64,000 nucleotides of DNA, from NCBI RefSeq assembly GCF_006345805.1, contig NC_043014.1, positions 3,100,001 to 3,164,000 on the forward strand, in the 5' to 3' direction. The notes beneath the pieces were generated by a model. That model was not told the DNA's origin. It worked only from the letters and a program-made list of their open reading frames with translations, and made no database searches. Positions 52,123 to 64,000 of the stretch are shown piece by piece; positions within the stretch are counted from its first letter, which is position 1, and each line of letters starts with the position of its first letter. The position numbers were made by a program, and so were the translations under genes. The stretch comes from Octopus sinensis (Eukaryota).

Positions 52123-52310
52123 CAATAATCCCTCGACTATTGCAGGTCTAAATCTGAAGTAGAGACAGTGATGTACTGTATATTTTTTCTATTTTTATAA
52201 TTTGTTTATATTTATTTTATTATAGATGCAAAACAACACCACAGAGGAGTCAATGAAAGCTTAGATAATAAACCGTGATTGGTGAACTGCGACATAGCAA
52301 GGGATTACTG
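52123..52310. mobile_element. pogo/Tigger-like (Tc1/mariner superfamily) MITE
   Basis: TA|caataatccctcgactattgcag...ctgcgacatagcaagggattactg|TA. Confidence 0.75.
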
Positions 52311-52806
52311 TACACTATACTATACAATTAACTAATGTAAATTAGATACAAAAAATCTATATAAAATATCACAGAAAAATTAGATGGATAAGGAAAATAT
52401 TTTTAAACACAGCACAATGCTACAATAAACATACACACACATCACAAACAAAATAAATATGACTAATGACTTAAGAGTGAATATGACTTATGATGAATGA
52501 TGATGAATTGCAGGATCAAATCTCAAAATTGGAAACAACTGAGTGCATAAACATTGGCCTGGTGATGAGGCAGTTATGCATTGCCAAGTAGCAGTTTATA
52601 TCCTGAAGATGAGCCTGTGAAAGTCTAGAAAGGTTGATGATTGCAATAGATTTAGGGATTTTATTACTTTGGATAAAGAAAAAAAAACCATGTTGAGAAT
52701 GTTAAAGCTACAACATAGTTGAGAACTCAATACATTTAAAATCATGTATGTATATCTATACAAACACGCATTCATATATATATATATATATCTATACAAA
52801 CACGCA

Positions 52807-52846
<40 letters not shown>

Positions 52847-54255
52847 CACATACACATTCATATAAAAGTTATATATGTAAACATATACATATATATAGAC
52901 ACACACACACTTATATACATACACACATGTACACATTGATAAATTTCTATACACATACGTATATCCACATATGTGTGTGTGTGTGTGCGTGTGTGATGAA
53001 GCAAGCAACTTGAAACTAAACATAAGGTTGGCCCAAGTGCCCTGTAAGATAATTTAGGGATAAAGAAACCGTGGAACCACAGTTGGAACGATTCCAGTGC
53101 TGATGGCTTTCCCTTGTCACAGCATAAAACTGATTCTGCCTAAAGATTACAATATGGATACCAGAATCTGCTGCATATAAACACAATAATCCATCATGTA
53201 TATAGTTTCATAGATCAAACGATTTTCACACTCTTATGTCAAAATCTACAAGGAAATCTGTACATAATGTGTTTTCTAAGGCTACACACTGTGTCTCAAG
53301 TGCTTTAGCTTGAAGCTGCATTGATTGAATAAATAACAAAGTAGGCAATGGAAACAAATAGTAGAAGATAAGGCATTCAAAGATAAGAAAGACTAACAAG
53401 GTCTGTGTAAGATCTACATAAGGAAAATAAATTATAAGACTACAAGATACCCAAAACACAAATACATACGTGAAAGGGAGTCATGGTCATTTTTAGAGCT
53501 TGTTTGTTTTAAGTACTATCGCGTATCAGGCTGATTATTATGGCACTGCAGTGTATTGTAATGTTTGCCTACATCTGTCCCTGTGGCAAAAATTAGCAAT
53601 ACAGCAATATCAGGAATGATAGAGTGATAGCCTTTCCCAAAATTTGATTTGTGCCCACGAAAGAAATCATATAATTATATTTACATTTCGGAGTTGTAAT
53701 TGTGTAGGAAATGACTTCATCTGTGACCGTGTGAAAACATGAAGCAATTTGGCGAGGTGGACTTAGTCATTTGAGCTACCAAAACACACACAAAAAGAAA
53801 AAAAAACACCTTCTCCTGCTAAATTCAGTTTTTACCATGTTTTATGAGGTATGAAAGTATCCAGAGTACCTCTGCAATTTCATTGCTGGCAGAAATGTTA
53901 AATTGTCTAACAAAATGCTTTCTGGATCTTTATCTTTTGAGCTCAACTCCCACCGAGGTCAATGTCGCCTTTCATCCTTTTAAAGTTGATGCTTTGATCT
54001 AAACCCTGTGCATCAAAGTGCCAGCATTATTCCTAAATCACAAACAATTATTATTATTATTATTATTATTATCATAGCATTGGACAAACTGTTTGGCAGC
54101 ATTTCTTCTGGCTCTTTATGTTCTGAGTTCAAATTCTGCCAACATCAACTTCGCCTTTCATGGTCAATAAAATAAAGTACCAGTCAAGTACTAGCATCAG
54201 TGTAATCAACTTGCCTCCTCCCATCACAATTGATGGCCTTAATATTATTATTATT

Positions 54256-54618
54256 ATTACCTCTGCCTTAATGAAGGCAGAGGTATTGTTTTCAGTTACG
54301 TTTGTTTGTCTGTCTGTCTATGGACAAGATATCTCAAGAACCGCTCGATGGATTAGGATGAAACTTTCAGGGATGTTTGGCCTCATGACTAGCACAAACT
54401 GATCACATTTTGGGATCGATCCCGTACCAGACAAGGATTCTGCATTATTTTTCTGGTTTTTTAAATTTTTGAGAGTGGTCGGGTTCATTTTAAGTATTCT
54501 CATTTGTGAGAGCAGTTGAGTTTATTTCAGATATTCTTATTTTAAAAATCATCTCTGACCATACATTGAGAGGACGCTGGTGTTGGTTTGGTGGAGGTCT
54601 GGGCTCTCTGAGTGCTCA
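54256..54618 (+). mobile_element. Helentron-associated non-autonomous element (HINE, DINE-1-like)
   Basis: 5' attacctctgcc subTIR with hairpin ctctgcctt-aatg-aaggcagag, (GTCT)n tract, 3' ggtggaggtc subTIR plus short hairpin gggctctctgagtgc. Confidence 0.7.
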
Positions 54619-55844
54619 TTATTACTACTACTACTATTATTATTATTATATTAAGAGTAGTAGATTAGCAGACTTGTTAGAACATAGGGACAAAAATGCT
54701 GTAAAATATATTTTCATTCTGAGTTCAAATCCTGCTGAGGTCAACTTTATCTTTCATCTTTTCAGGGTTGATAAAATCAAGTACCAGTCAGTGATCCCAG
54801 TCAACTGCATCAACTAACCCATCCCCTTAAAACTTGCAGACCTTGTGCCTAAATTAGAAATCATTACCGTTAAGATATATTGGCAGAAACAGAAGAGCAT
54901 CCAATAGAATATCTTGAAGTACCGAATTTTGGCTTTTTACATTCTGAGGTCAAATCCTGTCGAGGGTTTTGCCCTTCATCCTTCAGGGTTTGATACAAGT
55001 ACTAGGGCCACTCTAACCTCCCCACCCAAATTCAAGGCCTTCTACCTATGTTACAAATAATTATTAGAGGCATTATTACTATCAAAGATGTGTTATGTTG
55101 GTAGCTACAGCCAAGGAGCTCCCTTAAACATCTTGTACCATTTCCTTACGTTCATTTACACTGCAAGTTCAAACCCCGTCAAGGGTCATCTTGGTTTTAC
55201 CATTCTCCTAAGGTTGATAAAATAGACAAATCCCACAGTTAATACATTTGACAATATCCATTCCCTAAAATGTATGGTTTTGCATCTGTTAGAAACCATT
55301 ATAATCTTGGTCATCATTTTATATCCGTTTTCCATGCTGGCATGGTTTGAATGGGTCATCACAGACTGAATTGGTCCTTATTTGGTGTTACTGCTCACCT
55401 AGCTGGATCAAAGGACCACACCCCATTCATGCATTTCCTCTTTGACTTGGCTTTTCAGGCTGGATGTCCTTCCTATCACCCACCACTTAACAAGGTGTAC
55501 TAGTTTTATTTTATCATGGAACTAGTGCTAGAGAGGTGGTCATGTCCTCAACAGTGCTAAAAGATCTTCTCAACCCCACCATGATCTCTGTTTGCTAACC
55601 ACTTTACAGGGTTTATTAGATACCTTTTATCATGGCACCAACACTAGAGAAAGTTTCATGTCCTCAACAAGACTAAAAAATCCTCTCAAACTCCACATAA
55701 TCTCTGCTCATTGACCAACCACCTTACATGGTGTACTGAAGTGATTCTACTTCAGAATCAAACACTACTGTGGTTGCTTTGTAAGCCATAAAAGTAAAAA
55801 ATTCTCATTATTCTATGCTGTGTTAATATGTTAATGATATTTGA

Positions 55845-56060
55845 AGGTGGCGGACTGCTAGAAACGTTAGCATGCCAGGCGAAATGCTTAGCGGTATTTC
55901 ATCTGTCTTTATGTTCTGAGTTCAAATACCACCAAGGTCGACTTTGCCTTTCATCCTTTTGGGGTTTATAAATTAAGTACCAATTGCATACTGGAGTCAA
56001 CCTAATCGACTGGCCCCCTTCCCCCAAATTTCAGGCCTTGTGCCTAGAGTAGAAAAGAAA
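55845..56060 (+). mobile_element. SINE family 2 monomer with tail B
   Basis: aaggtggcggactgctagaaacgttagc...ggtcgactttgcctttcatcc...gcctagagtagaaaagaaat. Confidence 0.85.
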
Positions 56061-56308
56061 TATGTAAATGATATTTTCTATGATAGTGGAGTGGTTAAAA
56101 AAACAAAAAAAAGCATTGGCCTAAAATGATTTATACACTTGGTTCCGGTGCCTCCTGAGTTCATAAAATATCCATTCTTTCCACTTTTCAGCAGCCATAA
56201 TTCTTCAGCACCCAGAGATCAGACCAAAGACCTACCAGAGAATGTCAAACAACTACAGAGTCCATTATTTACATTTGACGGATATTTGTCCTCATCTTGT
56301 TTGTTGTT

Positions 56309-56354
56309 AACACAACATTTCAGCAGATGTACCCACCAGCCTTCATCAGGTGTC
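56309..56354 (-). ncRNA. Decayed type I hammerhead motif in a PLE-like tail (about 56255-56430)
   Basis: Minus strand GACAC-CUGAUGA-A-GGCUG(GUGGGUACAU)CUGCU-GAAAU-GUU-GUGUU. Confidence 0.55.
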
Positions 56355-56487
56355 TTGGGGAAATTTTGAACCTGGGTTTTTATTCCATTGAATGTAAATA
56401 ATGTACATAGTTCCTCATCTCTTAAATATAGATTTAAACTACAGAGTTTCCAAAGAACTAATTGCTCTTTGATGTTTCTTTGGAAAG

Positions 56488-56609
56488 GAGAAGTGGAAAT
56501 TCATCTGGCCTAGTAGATGAAGGATTTCCTTCCCTACCTCCAAGAAAAGCTTATCAATTTCTTAAAGCACCACTTGAAGAGAAAGGAAATAATGAAGGTG
56601 GTGGTGGTG
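56488..56609 (+). CDS. Possible internal exon, unknown product (RSGNSSGLVDEGFPSLPPRKAYQFLKAPLEEKGNNEGGGG)
   Basis: Pyrimidine-rich acceptor ctctttgatgtttctttggaaag|, consensus donor g|gtgagt, 122-nt stop-free frame; no homology recognised. Confidence 0.25.
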
Positions 56610-57024
56610 GTGAGTATTACTGCTCTCTAGTGAATTTCTAGGAAAAGGTGGGTGAGAGAGTAAAGAATTTGGAATAACAGACGAATGGACAAGCCATTCA
56701 GGCTTGTCTGTCTGTGTGGATTGGAGCAAATGACTATCAGGTGTGCTCTAATCCCCCTCAGAGGATACATCTGTGGCTGTAAACCAGTTTAGGGATTCTG
56801 GCCTTATTATTTATACATCGGGTTGCATACGTATATCTCTTATTTTCGACATGTTTCACTTGTTGACCTGTGAAAGGCAAAGTCGACCTTGATGGCACTT
56901 TGAACTCAGAACAGTAAAAGCCGGAAGAGATGCCATTAAGCATTCTGTCTGACAATAATAATAATGCTGCCAGCTCCACTGCCTTCATAATGATAATAAT
57001 AATAATAATAATAATAATAATGTT

Positions 57025-57365
57025 GCAGCATAATTAATGTGTGAAGATATTAGCATAATATATGTACAAAAATTGACAATTTATGTGCAGATATCGGCAT
57101 AATCTATGAACAGATATAGGCATAATCTATGAACAGATATCGGCATAATTTATGAGTAAATATCAGCATTATGTGCAGATAATTGGCATAATTTATGCGC
57201 AGATATTGGCATAATTTATGTGAAGATATTGGCATAATTTATGTAAAGATATTGGCATAATTTATGTGCAGATTTTGGCATAATTTATGTGCAGATATTA
57301 GCATAATTTATGTGCAGATATTGGCATAATTTGTTTGCAGATATTAACATTATATGTTTACAGAT
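57025..57365. repeat. 23-bp minisatellite of about 14 units, consensus AGATATTGGCATAATTTATGTGC
   Basis: Directly abutting degenerate units with no unique spacers. Confidence 0.95.
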
Positions 57366-59329
57366 GATATTAACCTCATTTGTGAGCACAGTTGATAAAA
57401 ATAAGGACCAGTTGAACGCCAGGGTCATTGAAACCAACTCCCCTTCCCCTAAAAAATTGCTGGCCTTGTGTTAAAATTAGAATTATCATCATCAATAGAA
57501 GCTGAAGTCTTGAATCATAAATTGTGCTTCACACTTCTGATTCTTCAAACAATTCATGCAACATCACAATATACCTGCAATATTACTTCCGCTTATACAT
57601 CGCTAAGCTATTTCCCCATCACTATCATTCACATTACAAAGACACACACACACACATCTCCTTTCTATATACTTATCTATCCTCCTAACTTTGTAGCCAA
57701 CTTCCTGTCCTGACCACACACATACATTGAAAATTTCCATCAATTTCTTCATATTTTTGAAATAATTCAACTGAGGAAGGTTTACGCATTGGATGCATTT
57801 CCTACTATATACAATAAAAAACCCAAAACACACATAATAAATGATTTCAAAATATCACTATTTTGTTTGACTTCATTATTACAAAAACACGGCTATGCCA
57901 CTACGTAGCAGCTAGTCTTGACTCCACTTATGCAGATGGGGATATATATATATATATACACACACACAGCTATGCCGGCATGGAACATGGATGTTAAATG
58001 ATGGTAATGATGACATATATAAATGTATCAAAATAACCCAGGGCAATTCGTCCCCATTTATATCGTAAAACAGCATCTAGAACAGATGGTGTATCATGCC
58101 TGAATGCAAGATGTGCAATGCAGACTGAAAACACATAAATAAATCTAATTTTAATATGAATCCTTCAGTTTTATGAGACAGATGGAAAGCGGGTAAATAC
58201 GTGCTGTGTGTGTGTTATATGTATGCACCCTGCATCGGTAAAATAGGTTTGATTTTTAAAAGTGCACACCCAGTGCCTCTGGTACATTTGTGTGTGTGTG
58301 AACGTGTGAGTGTGTGAACGTGTGTGTGAGTGTATGTGTGTGTGAACGTGTGAGTGTATGTGTGTGTGAACGTATGTGTGTGTGTGAACGTGTGTGTGTG
58401 TGTGTGTGAACGTGTGTGTGTGTGTACATGAGTGAACACGTGTATGTGTGTGTACGTGTATGAACGCGTGTACGTGTGTACGTGTATGAATGCATGTATG
58501 TGTGTGAACATGTATATTTGAGTGTGCATGTGTAAATGTGTGTATGAATGTGTTTGTATTGGAATATGTGTGTGTGTATGTATGCTATTTGATATTTCAC
58601 AAACAGTCCTATATATACATATACTTCTGTCAATGTATTAAGAACGTAGCCTCAGTATTATGTCATTCACACACACACACACATCATATATATCATCATT
58701 TAACACCCATCTTCCACGCTGCCACATACACATTCACATATACACAGCTGCATCAATTCCCCGTGATTGTCCACACAATAAACAGGCACTGAATGTCCAA
58801 AGATTGCACTTAAAGAAATCTTTCTTATCATTGCCTTTCATTCTCGGGAAAGGCTGCTGAGGAATCGATAAAATAATTTCTACAAGAACAAAAACTGACC
58901 TAAATTATTGTTCTCTCCCTCCTCCCCAGAATTTTTGGTATTGTATCAAAGTGAGAAGATATTTCCATATTTCCATTAACATTTTGGTGAAGAATGATGA
59001 TAGTTGCAGCCAAAGGCTGTGACCATGCTGGAGCAATGATTAAATACTTTTTGTTTTTAATAATACAGCTCCACTGCCAAGATCAAATTAACTTTATACT
59101 TCAGCCTTCCACGGTTGACAAAAAGTACCAGTGGTATACTGAGGTTGATGGTATTAACCGACCCCCAACCTCACTCCCAACTCAAAGCAGATGGCTTTGT
59201 ACCTAAATTAGAAACCCAAGATAATTACAATAATAATCCTTTTTACTATAGGCACAAGGCCCAAAATTTTGGGGTGGTGGTCAACTGGTACTCATTTTAT
59301 TGACCCCTGAAAGGGCCAATAGTTGGACT

Positions 59330-60183
59330 CAGTTCTGAGTTCAAATTCCGCCGAGGTCAATAAATTAAGTACCAGTTGCATACTGGGGTCCATCTAATCA
59401 ACTGGCCCCTCCCCGAAAATGCTGCTAAACATCTCAGCCAGTTTGCTACCAATTCTGTTCTAACAATAATGGTTTCTAATTTTGGCGCAAGGCCAGCAAT
59501 TTTGAGAGTAATTCGACAGCGTTGATAGGAGTGCTTGACGGATACTTTCTTTTATTGACCCCGGAGTGGGAGAAAGGCAAAGCTGTCCATGATGCGATTT
59601 GAATTCAGAGCATTAAGTGTCAGAAGAAATACCAGAAAGAAGTTTGTACAACCATCAAACAATTTTGCCAATAATATTAAACCAAGGCAGTCGATTAAGT
59701 ACCAGTTGTGTACTGGGGTCGATCTAATTGACTGGCCTGCTCCCCAAAACTTTCGGACCTTGTGCCTAGAGTAGGAAAGAATAAAGGTGGCAAGCTGGCA
59801 GAATCGTTAGCACGCCAGACAAAATGCTCAGCGGTATTTCGTCTGCCATTACGTTCCGAGTTCAAATTCCAACGAGGTTAGCTTTACCTTTCATCCTTTC
59901 GGGGTCGATTGAATAAGTACCAGTTATGCACTGGGGTCGATATAATCAACTTAATCTGTGTGTCTGTCCTTGTTTCTCCCCTCTGTGTTTAGCCCCTTGT
60001 GGGTAGTAAAGAAATAGGTATTTCGTTTGCCATTACGTTCTGAGTTCAAATTCCGCCGAGGTCGACTTTGCCTTTCATCCTTTTGGGGTCAATAAATAAA
60101 GTACCAGTTGCATAGTGGGGTCTGTCTAATCAACTGGCTTCTCCCCCAGAATTTCAGGCCTTGTGCCTAAAGTACGAAAGAAT
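59330..60183 (+). mobile_element. Cluster of SINE family 2 pieces, including a composite dimer at 59785-60183
   Basis: Junction gtaaagaaatag|gtatttcgtttgcc at 60017/60018. Confidence 0.85.
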
Positions 60184-60231
60184 ATTAAACCTTCTGTTAC
60201 CATATTTCTGTTAAAACAATAATGCTATCTT

Positions 60232-60367
60232 TCATCATCATCATCATCGTTTAACGTCCGTTTTCCATGCTGGCATGGGTTGGACGGTTTGACCGGGGTC
60301 CGGGAAGCCAGGAGGCTGCACCAGGCTCCAGTCTGATCTAACAGTGTTTCTACGGCTGGATGCCCTT
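60232..60367 (-). mobile_element. 5'-truncated RTE tail
   Basis: (cat)n-cgtttaacgtccgttttccatgctggcatggg...ggctggatgccctt. Confidence 0.85.
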
Positions 60368-60483
60368 TCAATTAAATTCGAAAATAATGAAGAACTTATT
60401 AACACAACAGTCATGAGTAATTAGGTGTCTGGAACATAAATTAGCATAACATTTGGATGGAATCTATTCTATTTAGACCACTT

Positions 60484-61378
60484 TAACCCTTGTGTCATTC
60501 CATTTCTGTTGAAACACACCACCTTTGTTTCAATAAATTTTAAAAAAGAATTTATTAGAATATCTTTATTATTAACTCTTTTGTTACTAACCCGGCCAAA
60601 ACCACTTCTGGCTCTGTGGTAAAATATCTTGTTTCCATAAGTTCTGAATTAAAAATCTTCCACCAAACCTTAGTCACAATTAATGTTCCTAACAGTAAGG
60701 GATGATAACTAATGTTCTACTAAATTCTTTGTTATATTAAATATTGAAAGAAACACAGAACATCTCAACAGAAATACAATAACAAGGGGTTAAAATATAT
60801 AATAGAGAAACAATTCTTAACAATTTTGATACCAACCTGGCTGAATCTGGCTCTGTAGTATAAATGTCTTGTTTTCATAAGTTTTGAATTAAAATCTTCC
60901 ACCAAACCTTAGTCACAATTTATGTTCCTAACATTAGCTGAATGATAAAGTTATTTTACTAAATTCTTTCTTATATTTAAAATGATTGAAAGAAACACAG
61001 AACCCCTCAAAATAAATACAGTAATGAAAGGGTTAAGCTGGTGTTTGATGCATAAATTAACATGAAATTTAGGAGGACAGTTTTAACCCTTTAGCATTCA
61101 AACTGGCCATATCCGGCTAAAATATTTAACCTGTTTTATATTGAAACTGACCAGATCTCGCCTCTCACCCCAGCCCTACCATGTCATTCTAAAACTAAAA
61201 AATCACATCACTGAAATCTCTAAACTACAGGATAATGCAGGATTAATTTAAACCATTTAAATAAACAAAAATCACATTGACAGAGAATCTGAACACTAAA
61301 GGGTTAAAAAGATGAAGTTTGTATCATAGAAAGAAGGGCCGTCTCCAGTAGGTTGGTTTGGTATCAAAAGAGTTGAAC
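60484..61378. mobile_element. Nested piggyBac-type MITE cluster (host, MITE A dimer 60576-61032, MITE B 61087-61303)
   Basis: All boundaries at TTAA; host sequence resumes after each insert and ends ggtatcaaaagagttgaa. Confidence 0.8.
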
Positions 61379-61906
61379 AGCTTTTTAATGGGAAAACCAG
61401 AAAAACAAGAAAACTGCAGGCGAAGAGAAACAGCCATTTTTGATATTAGATGCAGGCAAGCTTTGCAGATGATGAATAACCAGAATAAATTGGTTTTGTT
61501 TTTTGTTTTTGTTGGGTTTTTTTGTAGATGATGATGGTGGGACAAGGCTAAGCCAATGTTAGGACAATAAACTGTTGCTGCTGCTGCTGATGGTGAGGAA
61601 GAATCAACAGGTGAAAGGAGAAAGGAGGAGAGTAAGACAAGCAAGGAGAGTGTACAGTTGTGTGTTGAGCAGAATCGATTACACACTGAACAACACGGCA
61701 AGGATAAAGGTGTACAACAAAGAAAGAAACAACATACTGTACATAGAGAGTGTGTATGTGTGTGTGCGTGAGGTTTGATTCCTGTAGGCAATTTCCTCAT
61801 CTCTTTCATATACATGATACATGAGTCAATGTGTGTGTGTATATATATAATATATATATTATATATATATATATATATACTTTATTTAAAGCAGCAGAAA
61901 ATTCAA

Positions 61907-61956
61907 CAAAACCTGTTACTCTGAGTTTCACGTTGCCGTTCGTCGGACAGTTTTTG
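61907..61956 (-). ncRNA. Type I hammerhead motif with extended stem I and core CCGACGA, in a PLE-like repeat (61878-61960)
   Basis: Minus strand CAAAAACUGU-CCGACGA-ACG(GCAA)CGU-GAAACUC(A)GAG-UA-ACAGGUUUUG; 9 of 10 stem I pairs, GNRA-capped stem II, GUA triplet. Confidence 0.7.
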
Positions 61957-62934
61957 CTAAAATATATATATATATAGAATATATATATATACACACACAT
62001 ACAGAATGTGAACATGTACACATATAGCATTACTATATATATCATCATCATATATATATACACACACAAAAAATATATGCAGACATAATATATATGTATA
62101 TATAATATTATAATATTACTCTGTTTTCTCTAATCTGCACCCATTACTATATATATATTATACATACATATAAACATATACACATGTAATATTTTATACA
62201 TGTATATATATTATACACACCACACATTTCTGTAATTTTCATATATATATATATATATATACATGCATAAATTAACATACGATACACACACATATAATAC
62301 ATTATATATATATATATATATATATAGATATATATATACATATCAATACACAGACACACACATCATACCCACATATGTGTGCATGAGTGTGTAGATGGAT
62401 ACATTCTCTCTCTTCACTGTTGGCTTAGTCACGAAGACTCCAAAATCGATTTTGCTATCACTGTCCACACACATTGTCCTGTGTATGGCTGGCTGAGCGT
62501 AATAGCATCTAGAAGTGTGTTTAATATTCTGTGTGCCTCACTCAGCCTCATAATGAAACAACTACTGTTGCTGCTACTACTACTACTACTACCACCAGGA
62601 AGTGAGTGATTGTCCAATAGACTCGAGTTGCCCAAGACCAACACCTCATTTAAACCGGTCGTTCTCAGCCATTTTCAGCCAATGGAACCCTTTGATTCTT
62701 ATTTCACACAACTAGCGTCCCATGTTAAGGAAAGTCCCATTATATTTTGATAATCAAATATTATAAGGAATTGTATTAAAGAATTGTGTATCGTAGACGT
62801 ATAAGCAATTTATTGCTCATAAGATTTAAGAAAAAAAAAAATCTCATATGGACGCCTCCCACCCACCCACCTACCAAAAGGGTCAGAATGAGACCCCGGA
62901 TGGGAAGCATTAGTTTAAACAAGACAGGGCTAAA

Positions 62935-63092
62935 GAGGAGACCGAGGTCGACTTTGCCTTTCTTTCATCCTTTCGGGGTTGATAAATTATGTACCAGTTA
63001 CGCACTAGGGTCGATGTAATCGACTTAATCCGTTTGTCTGTCCTTGTTTGTCCCCTCAGTGTTTAGCCCCTTGTGGGTAGTAAAGAAATATA
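62935..63092 (+). mobile_element. SINE family 2, 3' part
   Basis: ccgaggtcgactttgcc...taccagttacgcactagggtcg...ccccttgtgggtagtaaagaaat. Confidence 0.85.
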
Positions 63093-63909
63093 TATATCTC
63101 CCCTTCACTCAGCTTCTTTCTTCTGGTCATTTCATCATGTTAAACCCATTAATCCCAACACATTTTTTCTCTCCCCCGATTTTTGTCCCCCTCGTCCCTT
63201 TTCTGTCAAAGAGCATAAACCCAAAACCGTCAAAGACTTTTCCATTCTTCCCGAGCCCCAAACTAATACACCTTCTTGTTGTTCCCTCCCATCTTTGTCT
63301 TTTGCTTTCTGTACATCAGAACTATATGTGAGTGTGTGTGTGTGTGTGGTGTGTGTAAGCATTAACAAATTCTAGGTGTATATATGTCTACACACACACA
63401 CATATATATATATAATATATATTAGTATATGCTGGTATATATAGGCATATTTATACACACATCTAGTTATACACATAGCATACTGTGTATATACATCTTT
63501 ATGTGCATGGATACACAAATACATAATTGCACTTATGTATGCACATATATAGATATGTACAAGTACATATGTGTATATGTATGTATGTGCATGTGTATAT
63601 ATATATATATGTGTATGTATACAATAGGGTATAACCATGACAATGGACTGATGTGAAATAAAAGAGATACAAAGAAAAAAAGCAGGTGTCAGCAATAAAA
63701 AGAAAAATTCAGCAAATGGCCACACCCTGAACAACACAAACACCACTACTGCCTTATTTCTCCCCCACCCTGGGTCCTTTCTTACTAAACTAACAGCTTT
63801 ACTACAGCTGCACACAATCATACAAAGTGATAATAGACAACAGGGATTAAATTGGCCACGGAGAACACCTGACTTTCTGGAAAGAAGGTACACACACACA
63901 CACACACAT

Positions 63910-63940
<31 letters not shown>

Positions 63941-64000
63941 TGCAGAGCTTTTGTTTTGAGAGTGAGGTCTGATTCCATGGCTGCTACTGTTGTCCATTCA

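Noticed and set aside
52595-52645. ctgaagatgagcctgtgaaagtctagaaaggttgat hammerhead-like relic
   Set aside because: Stems II and III are disrupted; too degenerate to call
57025-57365. CRISPR-like regular array (also the SINE trimer at 41173-41768)
   Set aside because: Units abut without unique spacers, no cas genes, eukaryotic context
63818-64000. FN3-like text EWTTVAAMESDLTLKTKALH/VFSVANLIPVVYYHF on the minus strand
   Set aside because: Needs a weak splice across a microsatellite and hits an in-frame stop where the conserved FN3 strand should continue

Overview
AT-rich, microsatellite-dense eukaryotic intronic or intergenic DNA. The SINE, LINE and MITE families look like those of Octopus (coleoid cephalopod); this is recognition from memory, not a database result. 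No protein-coding gene can be supported with confidence: most ORF-track entries are translations of (TA)n/(CA)n/(TG)n/(AGT)n repeats, and the only recognisable coding remnants are decayed RTE-clade LINE 3' ends. The window holds many tRNA-derived SINEs, RTE tails, hAT, piggyBac and pogo MITEs, a Helentron-type HINE, and short Penelope-like (PLE) tail fragments. The strongest hidden signal is a set of eight hammerhead-ribozyme motifs of 35-50 nt in about five short repeat families. All have a palindromic stem III of the type that must dimerise, and three carry the same non-canonical core, CCGACGA. Other notable structures: an RTE inserted into an RTE with a 9-bp target-site duplication (TSD), a three-layer hAT/hAT/PLE nest, SINE multimers with a recurrent junction, dimeric piggyBac MITEs, and a 23-bp minisatellite with POU-like sites. 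Repeat boundaries are read by eye and approximate unless defined by a TSD or terminal inverted repeat (TIR).
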